Source: a virus. From it: 64,000 nt of DNA. Numbering within the stretch: position 1 is the stretch's first letter; each line of letters opens with the position of its first letter. Below the pieces are notes generated by a model, which ran no database searches, was not told where the DNA came from, and worked only from the letters and a program-made list of their open reading frames with translations. Below are positions 9,046-16,467 of this stretch, piece after piece. The stretch is taken from positions 28,967 to 92,966 of the IMG/VR virus record IMGVR_UViG_3300030103_002937. The stretch is one strand, 5' to 3'. Position numbers and translations under genes: made by a program.

Positions 9046-9237
9046 ATGAAAAAATGTAAATGTAACAATATAATACCGGCGGGGCGAGTAAACCTCGGGT
9101 ATAACACATGCACAACTTGTTCAAACGTTGAACAGTATAGCTACGTACCCATTATCGCACATAAGACCGGTAATACTATTCAAATCGTCAGTCAGGCAAC
9201 AAGTGCCGCAGTGCACAGGTCATGGCGACGTAAATAG
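9046..9237 (+). CDS. Small zinc-finger protein (DksA/TraR C4-like)
   Basis: CKC..IPAGR..LGY..CTTC. Confidence 0.6.
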   Translation: MKKCKCNNIIPAGRVNLGYNTCTTCSNVEQYSYVPIIAHKTGNTIQIVSQATSAAVHRSWRRK

Positions 9238-9298
9238 TTGTGTGATTAAAGGCGTAATTCCTTAGCGGGATGCGAGAAACGGCTCGATGAACACAACA
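9237..9298 (+). ncRNA. Putative structured RNA closed by a 7-bp stem (GTTGTGT/ACACAAC + A)
   Basis: Perfect closing stem with two internal hairpins; GC-rich island in an intergenic gap. Confidence 0.45.
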
Positions 9299-9349
9299 GA
9301 GGGGCAAGAGATGCGGGTTACACACCGGTAAATGGCGCGCGGCCCCTCA
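9299..9349 (+). ncRNA. Putative structured RNA closed by a 7-bp stem (GAGGGGC/GCCCCTC + A)
   Basis: Perfect closing stem, abutting both neighbours. Confidence 0.45.
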
Positions 9350-9351
9350 CT

Positions 9352-9431
9352 GGGCGTGAAATGGGTAGACAAGAAATAGGAGGCGAAAGCCACACTAACT
9401 TGTAACGCAGGTTCGATTCCTGCCACGTCCA
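9352..9431 (+). ncRNA. tRNA-like RNA resembling an isolated tmRNA tRNA-like domain (Ala acceptor)
   Basis: Acceptor GGGCGTG/CACGTCC-A with G3-U70; T arm GCAGG-TTCGATT-CCTGC; stemless 10-nt D loop; ACAAG/CTTGT helix capped by GGC-GAAA-GCC; no anticodon loop. Confidence 0.75.
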
Positions 9432-9446
9432 CTAAAATTATAAATT

Positions 9447-9716
9447 ATGAGTGAAATAACTAACCGGCCCTATAATGGGTGGAATAATTACGCAACCTTT
9501 CGTGTTCACAACGATATACTAAACGGATATCAGTGGGATGAAGACGAGGAAATAAACGTAGACTTACTAGAAGCAATAGTAGAAAATGCGGTATTTGAAA
9601 ACAGCGGAGCAGTTGGTTTAATTGTAGACTACGCCAACTTGTTCTTAAATAATGTAGATTGGGAAGAACTAGTAGAAGTATATAACTATGACAGAGAAGC
9701 AGAACAATCAAGCTAA
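9447..9716 (+). CDS. Phage protein (YNGWxNYxT type)
   Basis: PYNGWNNYAT...VDWEEL. Confidence 0.75.
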   Translation: MSEITNRPYNGWNNYATFRVHNDILNGYQWDEDEEINVDLLEAIVENAVFENSGAVGLIVDYANLFLNNVDWEELVEVYNYDREAEQSS

Positions 9717-9948
9717 GAGGTTAGCAGAGCTTAAAGATAAGCACGGTATTGTCTTACACGGCAACTCCGATGCTATACATCTCCTCGACCGTATCGAAAC
9801 GGTAATACGCGACCAAATACTTGAAACGATTACCGAAGAAATGTTTGAAGACGGTATAGTTGAAGAGACCGACGATAAGTATAGTTTACTATTATCTGTA
9901 CTATACTACGAGCTAATTTACAAACTAAACACGGATGCTAAACGATAA
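9688..9948 (+). CDS. Hypothetical early protein
   Basis: ORF track. Confidence 0.65.
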   Translation: MTEKQNNQAKRLAELKDKHGIVLHGNSDAIHLLDRIETVIRDQILETITEEMFEDGIVEETDDKYSLLLSVLYYELIYKLNTDAKR

Positions 9949-9952
9949 TATA
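9919..9952 (+). promoter_or_regulatory. Early promoter-like motif, copy 7
   Basis: TACAAACTAAACACG-N10-GATAATATA; ATG at 9956. Confidence 0.8.
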
Positions 9953-9955
9953 AGT

Positions 9956-10174
9956 ATGAAAGAAAAAGCAACACTATATAACAGACTCAAACCCAACTAC
10001 TTAGGTAAGTTAGTTGAGCAGCGTGAAAAGTTACCAAATATGGTAGCCGCAGCTGAACGAGCAATGAATGAAAACGTGTGGGTAATTAGCCTTACCGTTG
10101 GCGAGATGTGCACAATATGTGACGTACTCGAAATAGACTGGAACAAGTTATTTTTAATTTTTGAATATGAGTAA
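9956..10174 (+). CDS. Hypothetical protein, HTH-like C-terminus
   Basis: Start re-called at MKEKATLY, just after the promoter motif; LTVGEMCTICDVLEI. Confidence 0.6.
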   Translation: MKEKATLYNRLKPNYLGKLVEQREKLPNMVAAAERAMNENVWVISLTVGEMCTICDVLEIDWNKLFLIFEYE

Positions 10175-10637
10175 AAAGAAGTACATTACAGACGAGTTAA
10201 TCGAAGAGCGATTAAAAAAGCGAGGCCTGTCTTCATACGACGGTTATGGAGCAGAAGACGAAGATGCAGACTATAAAAAGCTATGTAAACACTATGACCT
10301 TGAAATAATAGATCGGTGGCATCAAAGAGCGGATTATTTTATGTACACTGAAACAACTGCAGACGGTTACGAAGTATGGGTTGCAACAGAACACCCAAAC
10401 GGTGATGTTAGCATAAATGAAGATGTTCACTACTATGACAGTGACCTTGCTGAAGTTCTTATGGAATGGATTAGGTACGGCGGAGCCACTATATACGTAG
10501 ACGATATAGAAGCGTATTATGTAACCGAAGCACTTGAAACTATGTGGGAAAACATGATTGACAGTATTAAAGACGAAATAATTATTGAATTACAAGATGA
10601 AGGATATGAATACGAAGACGCAGAAGCCACTGCCTAA
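10161..10637 (+). CDS. Hypothetical acidic protein
   Basis: 158-aa ORF (start probably 10167). Confidence 0.75.
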   Translation: MNMSKKKYITDELIEERLKKRGLSSYDGYGAEDEDADYKKLCKHYDLEIIDRWHQRADYFMYTETTADGYEVWVATEHPNGDVSINEDVHYYDSDLAEVLMEWIRYGGATIYVDDIEAYYVTEALETMWENMIDSIKDEIIIELQDEGYEYEDAEATA

Positions 10638-10842
10638 ATGGTTTGACGGAACAGTATATGAAAAGGGTGATACAGTATCAAACCCTTACACCGGCGACAA
10701 AGCCGAACTATCAGCAGAAGAGTTATCAATGTATGACGTAATCAAAGGTGCTGAATTTACACGAAGCTATAAACTTTTGCAGAAAGGTTTGGATTGGTTT
10801 AGACAAGCAAACCCCTCTGCATATATGACATTATTAGATTAA
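10585..10842 (+). CDS. Small phage protein
   Basis: LPKWFDG...GLDWFR..NP.AYM.LLD; start probably 10606. Confidence 0.7.
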   Translation: MNYKMKDMNTKTQKPLPKWFDGTVYEKGDTVSNPYTGDKAELSAEELSMYDVIKGAEFTRSYKLLQKGLDWFRQANPSAYMTLLD

Positions 10843-10844
10843 TT

Positions 10845-11000
10845 ATGAAATATCCAGATGCAGATAAACACTTTTGGGCTAGTATGACAAAGAGTGTTAT
10901 AAGAGTAGGAGGCTATTGTCTCATTTTTATTGACATTGAAGTAGCAGCGGGTATACTTATCGCTAGCGAAGTAATCGGAGTAATAGAAGAATTAGTATGA
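10845..11000 (+). CDS. Small membrane protein (51 aa)
   Basis: MKYPDADKHFW...hydrophobic...GVIEELV; ATGA coupling to the next gene. Confidence 0.6.
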   Translation: MKYPDADKHFWASMTKSVIRVGGYCLIFIDIEVAAGILIASEVIGVIEELV

Positions 11001-11602
11001 ATTTATTAACACAGAACGGGAAACTCAAGAAGACAAGCAAACAATTGGGAGTACGTGTATTCAATTTCGGAATACCAGCTTACAAGTCTGCGTCCGGCAA
11101 ACTTACTTGCCCTATGGCTGACTCCTGCGTAAAATTTTGTTACGCTAAAAAGGGAGCATACATATGGAGCAACGTGCAGCCGGCGTTTGAAAAGCGCTAC
11201 CAGCTCACCAAAACGGATGAGTTTGTAGAGGCAATGAACGTAGAGATTAAACGCAAGCGACCAGACTATGTGCGGGTCCATGATAGCGGAGACTACTACA
11301 GTCCCAAATATCTAAAGAAGTGGATCGAGATTGCTATACACAACCCGTCTGTTAATTTTTACAGTTATACTAATATGGTAGATATGTTTCATAAAACCGA
11401 TCTGCCACCTAACTTCGATATTATATTCAGTGATGCCGGTAAACAGGTGCATATGATTGATTATGAGCAAGATAGGTACACAAAGATATTCAAATCCGAT
11501 CAAGAGTTAGATCGTGCCGGGTTTGTAAATGCAAGCAAGGTAGATTTGTTTGCAACGAAATGGTTCAGTAAGAACAAAAAAATTGGACTAGTATATCACT
11601 AA
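10997..11602 (+). CDS. GP88-like protein (radical-SAM-like Cys cluster)
   Basis: N.KL.K, TCPMADSCVKFCYAKKG, RVHDSGD, FYSYT. Confidence 0.75.
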   Translation: MNLLTQNGKLKKTSKQLGVRVFNFGIPAYKSASGKLTCPMADSCVKFCYAKKGAYIWSNVQPAFEKRYQLTKTDEFVEAMNVEIKRKRPDYVRVHDSGDYYSPKYLKKWIEIAIHNPSVNFYSYTNMVDMFHKTDLPPNFDIIFSDAGKQVHMIDYEQDRYTKIFKSDQELDRAGFVNASKVDLFATKWFSKNKKIGLVYH

Positions 11603-11871
11603 TGAGTAAAACAATATCACAAAAGTATATAAGAGATTATATAACAGAACATTACGGTGAGTTACGCCATGATGTAAAGCGTATGGCTAAAGCATGCAGA
11701 ATTGTAGCTAAACAGTATGGTTATACACCTAAACAAATCTTTCATTTTATGATTGAACAAGAAAGCTTAGGTACTACTCATAGTTATGGTTTCAATACTG
11801 CTTATGGGCGTGAAATACGCGAGGAGTTTGAAGTACAATATCATGAAATGTATAAAGAAATTACAAACTAA
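11602..11871 (+). CDS. Hypothetical protein
   Basis: TAATG coupling; stop lies inside motif copy 8. Confidence 0.7.
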   Translation: MSKTISQKYIRDYITEHYGELRHDVKRMAKACRIVAKQYGYTPKQIFHFMIEQESLGTTHSYGFNTAYGREIREEFEVQYHEMYKEITN

Positions 11872-11895
11872 ACACGGATGGACACTGATAATATA
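11862..11895 (+). promoter_or_regulatory. Early promoter-like motif, copy 8
   Basis: TACAAACTAAACACG-N10-GATAATATA. Confidence 0.8.
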
Positions 11896-12111
11896 AAAGA
11901 TGAAGCACATACAATGATATGGGCACGATTGTCTACTGCTGAGCTAGATTTGCAACGAGCAAAAGACTGGGACGGCAGAGGTCATTTAGATACAGACGAA
12001 AGCTTTGAGGAGACAAAAGAAGCACATATTGAAATGGCAAGAAGACGAGTAAATATTTATCATTACTTGCTAACACAAGTAGAAAAAGATATGGCAGAAG
12101 ATGACGAATAA
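11878..12111 (+). CDS. Hypothetical protein
   Basis: ORF track; start uncertain because it overlaps the promoter motif. Confidence 0.6.
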   Translation: MDTDNIKDEAHTMIWARLSTAELDLQRAKDWDGRGHLDTDESFEETKEAHIEMARRRVNIYHYLLTQVEKDMAEDDE

Positions 12112-12376
12112 AGAAATGGAACGTTTAGCTGATCTTATAGTTACAAAAATAATAGAAAAGCAAAACGAAATTGATGCAGCCTTCTTTGAAGGTATGAATG
12201 AAGCTATTGATAAAGGCGCGGAATTTTCAATTGAAAGTCAGGAAGATATATTGTTAGGTGAGCTTGCAAGACTGCAAACTATTTTAGCAAAGTATGAACA
12301 CGAAGAACATTATGAAAAGGCAGCAATAATAGCGAATAAAATTAAATGGTTAGAAAATAAAATAAGTAAATTATGA
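12101..12376 (+). CDS. Protein with C-terminal UVR (UvrB/C) coiled-coil motif
   Basis: EHEEHYEKAAIIANKIKWLE. Confidence 0.65.
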   Translation: MTNKEMERLADLIVTKIIEKQNEIDAAFFEGMNEAIDKGAEFSIESQEDILLGELARLQTILAKYEHEEHYEKAAIIANKIKWLENKISKL

Positions 12377-12597
12377 GCAAAGTAGGAATTGAAACAGTAA
12401 CAGTAGACTCTAGCTTAGTATCAGTAATGACCTATGCTAGAAAAGCAAAAATGTTGTATGTAACATTTAAAAACGGTACAATATATTTGTACAACAATGT
12501 AGATCATGCAACCTATGAAGACGTACGTAATTCAGAATCTATAGGTAAAGCATTACATAAAGAAGTGTTTGGTGTATTCAAATATGAAAAACTGTAA
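12373..12597 (+). CDS. KTSC-domain protein
   Basis: VDSSLV...Y......LYVTFKNG..Y.Y.NV....Y......SIGK. Confidence 0.8.
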   Translation: MSKVGIETVTVDSSLVSVMTYARKAKMLYVTFKNGTIYLYNNVDHATYEDVRNSESIGKALHKEVFGVFKYEKL

Positions 12598-13100
12598 TGA
12601 ATTTATTTTATCTTGATAGAGACCCTGTTGTTGCCGCGTCTTATCATTACGATAAGCATAAGGTCAAGATGGTCTTAGAAGCAGCGCAAATGCTTTGTAC
12701 AGCTCATCACGCCTTAGGCGAACAGTATGAGTATGACACAAGTTATGTACCCTATCGTAAAGCACATTTGAATCACCCATCAACTATATGGGTACGATCA
12801 AGTGCTGAGCAATATGTGTGGGCATATAATTATATGATGGCTTTAGGTAAAGAATACAATAAACGTTACAACAAAACGCATTTGACTATTGACAAGTGCC
12901 GTGACGTGCTATACACTTTGCCAAAATACATTTCAATGAAACCATTCGAGGAGCCACCTCAGTGTATGCCTGACGAGTACAAAGTACCAGGTGATAGTAT
13001 TATGGCTTACTGGAATTATTATGAACAGGACAAATATAAAATAGCAAATAAAGATGAGCAAGTCATTGTACGACCACTTTATGTCAACGAATGTATTTAA
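12597..13100 (+). CDS. Pyrimidine-dimer DNA glycosylase-like protein (DenV-related)
   Basis: MNLFYLDRDP..AA..H.DKH.VKM.LE.AQML.TAH; H.NHPST.W; PPQCMPD. Confidence 0.8.
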   Translation: MNLFYLDRDPVVAASYHYDKHKVKMVLEAAQMLCTAHHALGEQYEYDTSYVPYRKAHLNHPSTIWVRSSAEQYVWAYNYMMALGKEYNKRYNKTHLTIDKCRDVLYTLPKYISMKPFEEPPQCMPDEYKVPGDSIMAYWNYYEQDKYKIANKDEQVIVRPLYVNECI

Positions 13101-13135
13101 CATTGCAAATAAAGTAAAACAACAACAAAAAAAGA

Positions 13136-13264
13136 ATGGGCAAAGTAAAAGAGCTGTTTCAGCAAATGAGAGAACAAGAACTAGATGATCAGTTCATAAA
13201 TGAACATTTTTTTCTTTGCACTCTTCGCGACGAAGGCAGCGACGATAGCAAGATAAATAAATAG
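13136..13264 (+). CDS. Small protein (42 aa)
   Basis: MGKVKELFQQMRE..., with an A-rich leader. Confidence 0.45.
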   Translation: MGKVKELFQQMREQELDDQFINEHFFLCTLRDEGSDDSKINK

Positions 13265-13283
13265 AATAATAGGCTAATGTCAC
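13239..13283. promoter_or_regulatory. Spaced inverted repeat, copy 3 (GCGACGATAGC-N23-GCTAATGTCAC), overlapping the ATG of the HTH gene
   Basis: Right arm contains the ATG at 13277. Confidence 0.65.
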
Positions 13284-13891
13284 GTAACATGAGGTACTTA
13301 CATAGTAACAAAATTATATACAGGAGAGGTCCAATAAGTGACCAACCTAGCGAAACCTTCGAGTGGGGTGCGTTCTATGAAACAGGTACACATGAGTGTT
13401 ACGAATTGTTTAGGAGTAAGGCTAAGATAACAAGTTATAAATCACTGAAGTGGCATTTACTTGTACTCTGGTACCTTAACCCACAACTCGACCAAGATAA
13501 GTTTGAACAGCTTGCATACTATATAGCGGAAAAGGATAATGGTTTTATAACCTTTTCAATACCTGAAATGTTACTCAAAAAGATTATTTATGATGTGAGC
13601 ATGGAAGATCTTGAATATCCGCCAAAAAATAGGATTAGAAAAGTTATATTTAAAGACAGTACTAATCTTACTAAATCTCAAAAGCTATCGATAGTAGGCA
13701 AGCTGATTGGTCGTAATAGTAAAGCGCAGCCAGAGGATATATACGAAACAATGTTACTTATCCATGATAAAAGCGAAAAGATTACAATAACAAAGATTGC
13801 GCGGATATTAAATGTGTCAACCCGTACTATCTACAGAAACATGACACATGAACTCACGAAAGAAAAAGAACTTTTGAATGAAGAAATATAA
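13277..13891 (+). CDS. DNA-binding protein with C-terminal HTH (possible replication initiator or regulator)
   Basis: KITITKIARILNVSTRTIYRNM. Confidence 0.75.
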   Translation: MSRNMRYLHSNKIIYRRGPISDQPSETFEWGAFYETGTHECYELFRSKAKITSYKSLKWHLLVLWYLNPQLDQDKFEQLAYYIAEKDNGFITFSIPEMLLKKIIYDVSMEDLEYPPKNRIRKVIFKDSTNLTKSQKLSIVGKLIGRNSKAQPEDIYETMLLIHDKSEKITITKIARILNVSTRTIYRNMTHELTKEKELLNEEI

Positions 13892-14639
13892 TGTACAAAA
13901 CTATATTCGGTATAAAGAAGATTTAGAGGTAACAATAAAATTAATACCTAAAAAAGAATTTCACGAATATACGAGAACAGAACTTACAACGGTATTTTTA
14001 CCGCTTGTAGAAAACATAGCGAGAAAGTTTTCAACTACGCAGCAAGCATCAGGTGTAATGACTATTAATGACCTTATACAGGAAGGGGCTATAGGCTTGC
14101 AAGCAGCAGTTGATAGAATTGAATGGCAAACAATACACGAATCGGAAGACAAAGAAAAAACACTTAAGTCTTTCTTTGCAAAGCGTATTCGCGGTGCTAT
14201 TCGTAGAGCTATTGATATAAACAGAGGCGACATGCGCATACCAGAATATAAATTAAATGACATACGCAAAAACTTTGGTAAAGACCGCAAAATAGTGCAG
14301 ACATTTTTTAATCAGGTGTTTATGTCTATTGACGAAAACTTTAACGACGAGGGTGATAATCCTTTGTTTCAAGTGCCAGATAAATCAGAGCCATATAATA
14401 TTGCATTACTAAATGCTTACCTGTTAGGCATAATGAAAGAGTACTTAACAGATAAAGAATATGAAGTGCTCCGTATGAGCTATGGTTTAGATTGTGATAA
14501 ATATCCGGCAAAGAACATTGCTAAAGAGTTAGGCATAGATGGCGTAAGTAATTATGTACGTGTATCTGAGCTTAAAAAGTCAGCAATTGAAAAGCTTATA
14601 GATAATGTTTCACCTGACCAAGTTATTGATTATCTTTAA
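13878..14639 (+). CDS. Phage sigma-70-family RNA polymerase sigma factor
   Basis: Region 2 (LVENIARKF, DLIQEG.IGL..AV, IRGAIRRAI) and region 4 (LTDKEYEVL...YGL...IAKELG...RVSELKKSAIEKL). Confidence 0.85.
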   Translation: MKKYNVQNYIRYKEDLEVTIKLIPKKEFHEYTRTELTTVFLPLVENIARKFSTTQQASGVMTINDLIQEGAIGLQAAVDRIEWQTIHESEDKEKTLKSFFAKRIRGAIRRAIDINRGDMRIPEYKLNDIRKNFGKDRKIVQTFFNQVFMSIDENFNDEGDNPLFQVPDKSEPYNIALLNAYLLGIMKEYLTDKEYEVLRMSYGLDCDKYPAKNIAKELGIDGVSNYVRVSELKKSAIEKLIDNVSPDQVIDYL

Positions 14640-14681
14640 GTTAAGACGTAAAACAAATTGTAAACACGTAATTATATATAT

Positions 14682-15233
14682 ATGACTATCCACGAAAAAT
14701 TAAGTAAAATTCAAAAAGAATTCAAAGCGAAGAAGTCACGCTTTAATTCATTCGGCAAGTATAACTTCAGATCTGCCGAGGACATTCTCGAAGCACTAAA
14801 ACCATTCAATGAGAGGTACAATGTATACTTCAAAGTTGATGAGAACTATTTAGGTGATGCTATTATAGAGTCAACAGCTACTATTGTAGATGCTGATGGC
14901 GCTATGGAAATTACTGCGTCAGCTATAGTTGGAGTAGACTTAAATCAAAAAGGTATGCAAGTGCCTCAGCAGTTTGGTTCTGCTTCGAGTTATGGTAAGA
15001 AGTACGCATTAGGAAACTTACTATTAATTGACGACACTGCAGATGCAGATGCTACAAATACTCACGGTAAAGAGGCTAAAGCAAAAGCAACCCTCGATAT
15101 AAACACCGACGCTTTTACAAAAGCAAAACAATATATAGAATCCGGTGGTACATTAAAAGCCATCAACCAAAAGTACAAGCTAACACAGACAGCGCTAGCT
15201 GAACTGAAAAAGCTTGAGACAGTAGAGGTATGA
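14682..15233 (+). CDS. ERF-family single-strand annealing protein
   Basis: K...NSFGKYNFRSAEDILEA.KP; GSASSY.KKYAL...L.IDD..DAD. Confidence 0.9.
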   Translation: MTIHEKLSKIQKEFKAKKSRFNSFGKYNFRSAEDILEALKPFNERYNVYFKVDENYLGDAIIESTATIVDADGAMEITASAIVGVDLNQKGMQVPQQFGSASSYGKKYALGNLLLIDDTADADATNTHGKEAKAKATLDINTDAFTKAKQYIESGGTLKAINQKYKLTQTALAELKKLETVEV

Positions 15234-15961
15234 CAAAAGCAGAAATTATCGAGAACCTTAGAAACGATGAACTATACTACGGTAAGTTTGGTAAACAGTA
15301 TCTAAGTAATTCTGATATAAGTACCTTACTGGATGATCCTTTAAAGTATGGCACTCCATTGAAAGCATCACCTAATTTAGTTATAGGCAGTTACTTTCAT
15401 ACAGCTATACTAGAGCCGGGAAAGTTGGAGCGTTTTAAAATTATAGACGCTTCAACCCGAGCGGTTAAAAAGTATAAAGAATTATCAGGCGGAGAAATGT
15501 GTATGCTTCAGCATGAAGTAGACAATATAAATTTCATGCGCGATAAACTTATGGAGAATGATGTATGCAGAGGATTAATCCAAGGAGTGAATGTTGAATA
15601 CGAAGTGCCAGGTATCGGCGAGCTAGCAAACAATATGTGGAAAGGCAAAGCTGATATAATTAATCACGACGAAGAGTTAGTAATTGACTTGAAGACTACA
15701 AGTTCAATTAAATCGTTTAGGCAAAGCGCAAGACGGTTTAATTACGATAGCCAAGCTTATATATACAGTAAGCTATTTGGTTATGAAATGGTCTTTATAG
15801 TTATTGACAAATCTTCACACGTGATTGGTGTCTACGATTGTTCGCCAGACTTTTACGAAAGAGGTGAGCGTAAAGTAGAAGAGGCAAGTCACGTATACGA
15901 CCTTTTCTTTAACACAGAAGGCTTCGACCCTTCAAATTATTTAATTAATGAAACCCTTTAA
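15230..15961 (+). CDS. RecE/ExoVIII-like PD-(D/E)XK exonuclease
   Basis: LSNS.I..L, G..FH..ILEP, KGKAD, IDLKTT, Y..QAY.Y. Confidence 0.85.
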   Translation: MTKAEIIENLRNDELYYGKFGKQYLSNSDISTLLDDPLKYGTPLKASPNLVIGSYFHTAILEPGKLERFKIIDASTRAVKKYKELSGGEMCMLQHEVDNINFMRDKLMENDVCRGLIQGVNVEYEVPGIGELANNMWKGKADIINHDEELVIDLKTTSSIKSFRQSARRFNYDSQAYIYSKLFGYEMVFIVIDKSSHVIGVYDCSPDFYERGERKVEEASHVYDLFFNTEGFDPSNYLINETL

Positions 15962-15972
15962 ACCTTAATAAT

Positions 15973-16140
15973 ATGCCACGTAGAAAAATGAAAGTATGTA
16001 CAGTTACAGGAATTGAAACAAGCGAAAAAAACTTTTATGCTAATCAAAACCATGTAAAGGCAGTCGACAATTTACGTCGATCTACTAATGCAACAAAAGA
16101 TCAGTTGCAAAGAATGTTTAATACAGTAAATAGTTATTAA
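15973..16140 (+). CDS. Small protein (55 aa)
   Basis: MPRRKMKVCTVTG...; TAATG-coupled to SSB. Confidence 0.6.
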   Translation: MPRRKMKVCTVTGIETSEKNFYANQNHVKAVDNLRRSTNATKDQLQRMFNTVNSY

Positions 16141-16457
16141 TGGCTAGTATAATTAAAACAAGTATTGACCTTACTAAAATACCGAAAGATAAGATTATTG
16201 ACGGTAAGAAAGGTAAGTATTTACCAATTACTATTACATTAAACGATGAGCTCGATCAATTCGGAAATCAAGGCCCAGTGATTGTATCACAATCTAAAGA
16301 GGAGCGAGAAGGAAAAGTTGATAAAGTTTATTTAGGTAATGTTCAAGTAGTATGGTCAAACGGAGAGAATGTGCCGGCTGCGCCTCGCGATGGTTCGCCT
16401 GCACCTGTGCAACAAGCTGCAACACCAGTAGCAGCAGATGATGATTTGCCATTTTAA
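16140..16457 (+). CDS. Single-stranded DNA-binding protein
   Basis: Acidic C-terminal tail DDDLPF; located upstream of primase-helicase. Confidence 0.75.
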   Translation: MASIIKTSIDLTKIPKDKIIDGKKGKYLPITITLNDELDQFGNQGPVIVSQSKEEREGKVDKVYLGNVQVVWSNGENVPAAPRDGSPAPVQQAATPVAADDDLPF

Positions 16458-16467
16458 AAACAATTAG

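Noticed and set aside
9237-9298. Hammerhead ribozyme (contains GATGA and GAAA)
   Set aside because: The core CUGANGA is not intact and GAAA is not at the junction after stem II.
9352-9431. Ordinary tRNA (Leu/Ser-like because of GGTAGAC)
   Set aside because: No D stem, only about 10 nt between the acceptor and the next helix, and a GAAA tetraloop instead of a 7-nt anticodon loop.
6416-11895. Repeated 34-bp motif as a CRISPR array or integron attC sites
   Set aside because: Spacing is irregular and gene-sized, the centre is variable, it is not palindromic, and there is no cas or integrase gene.
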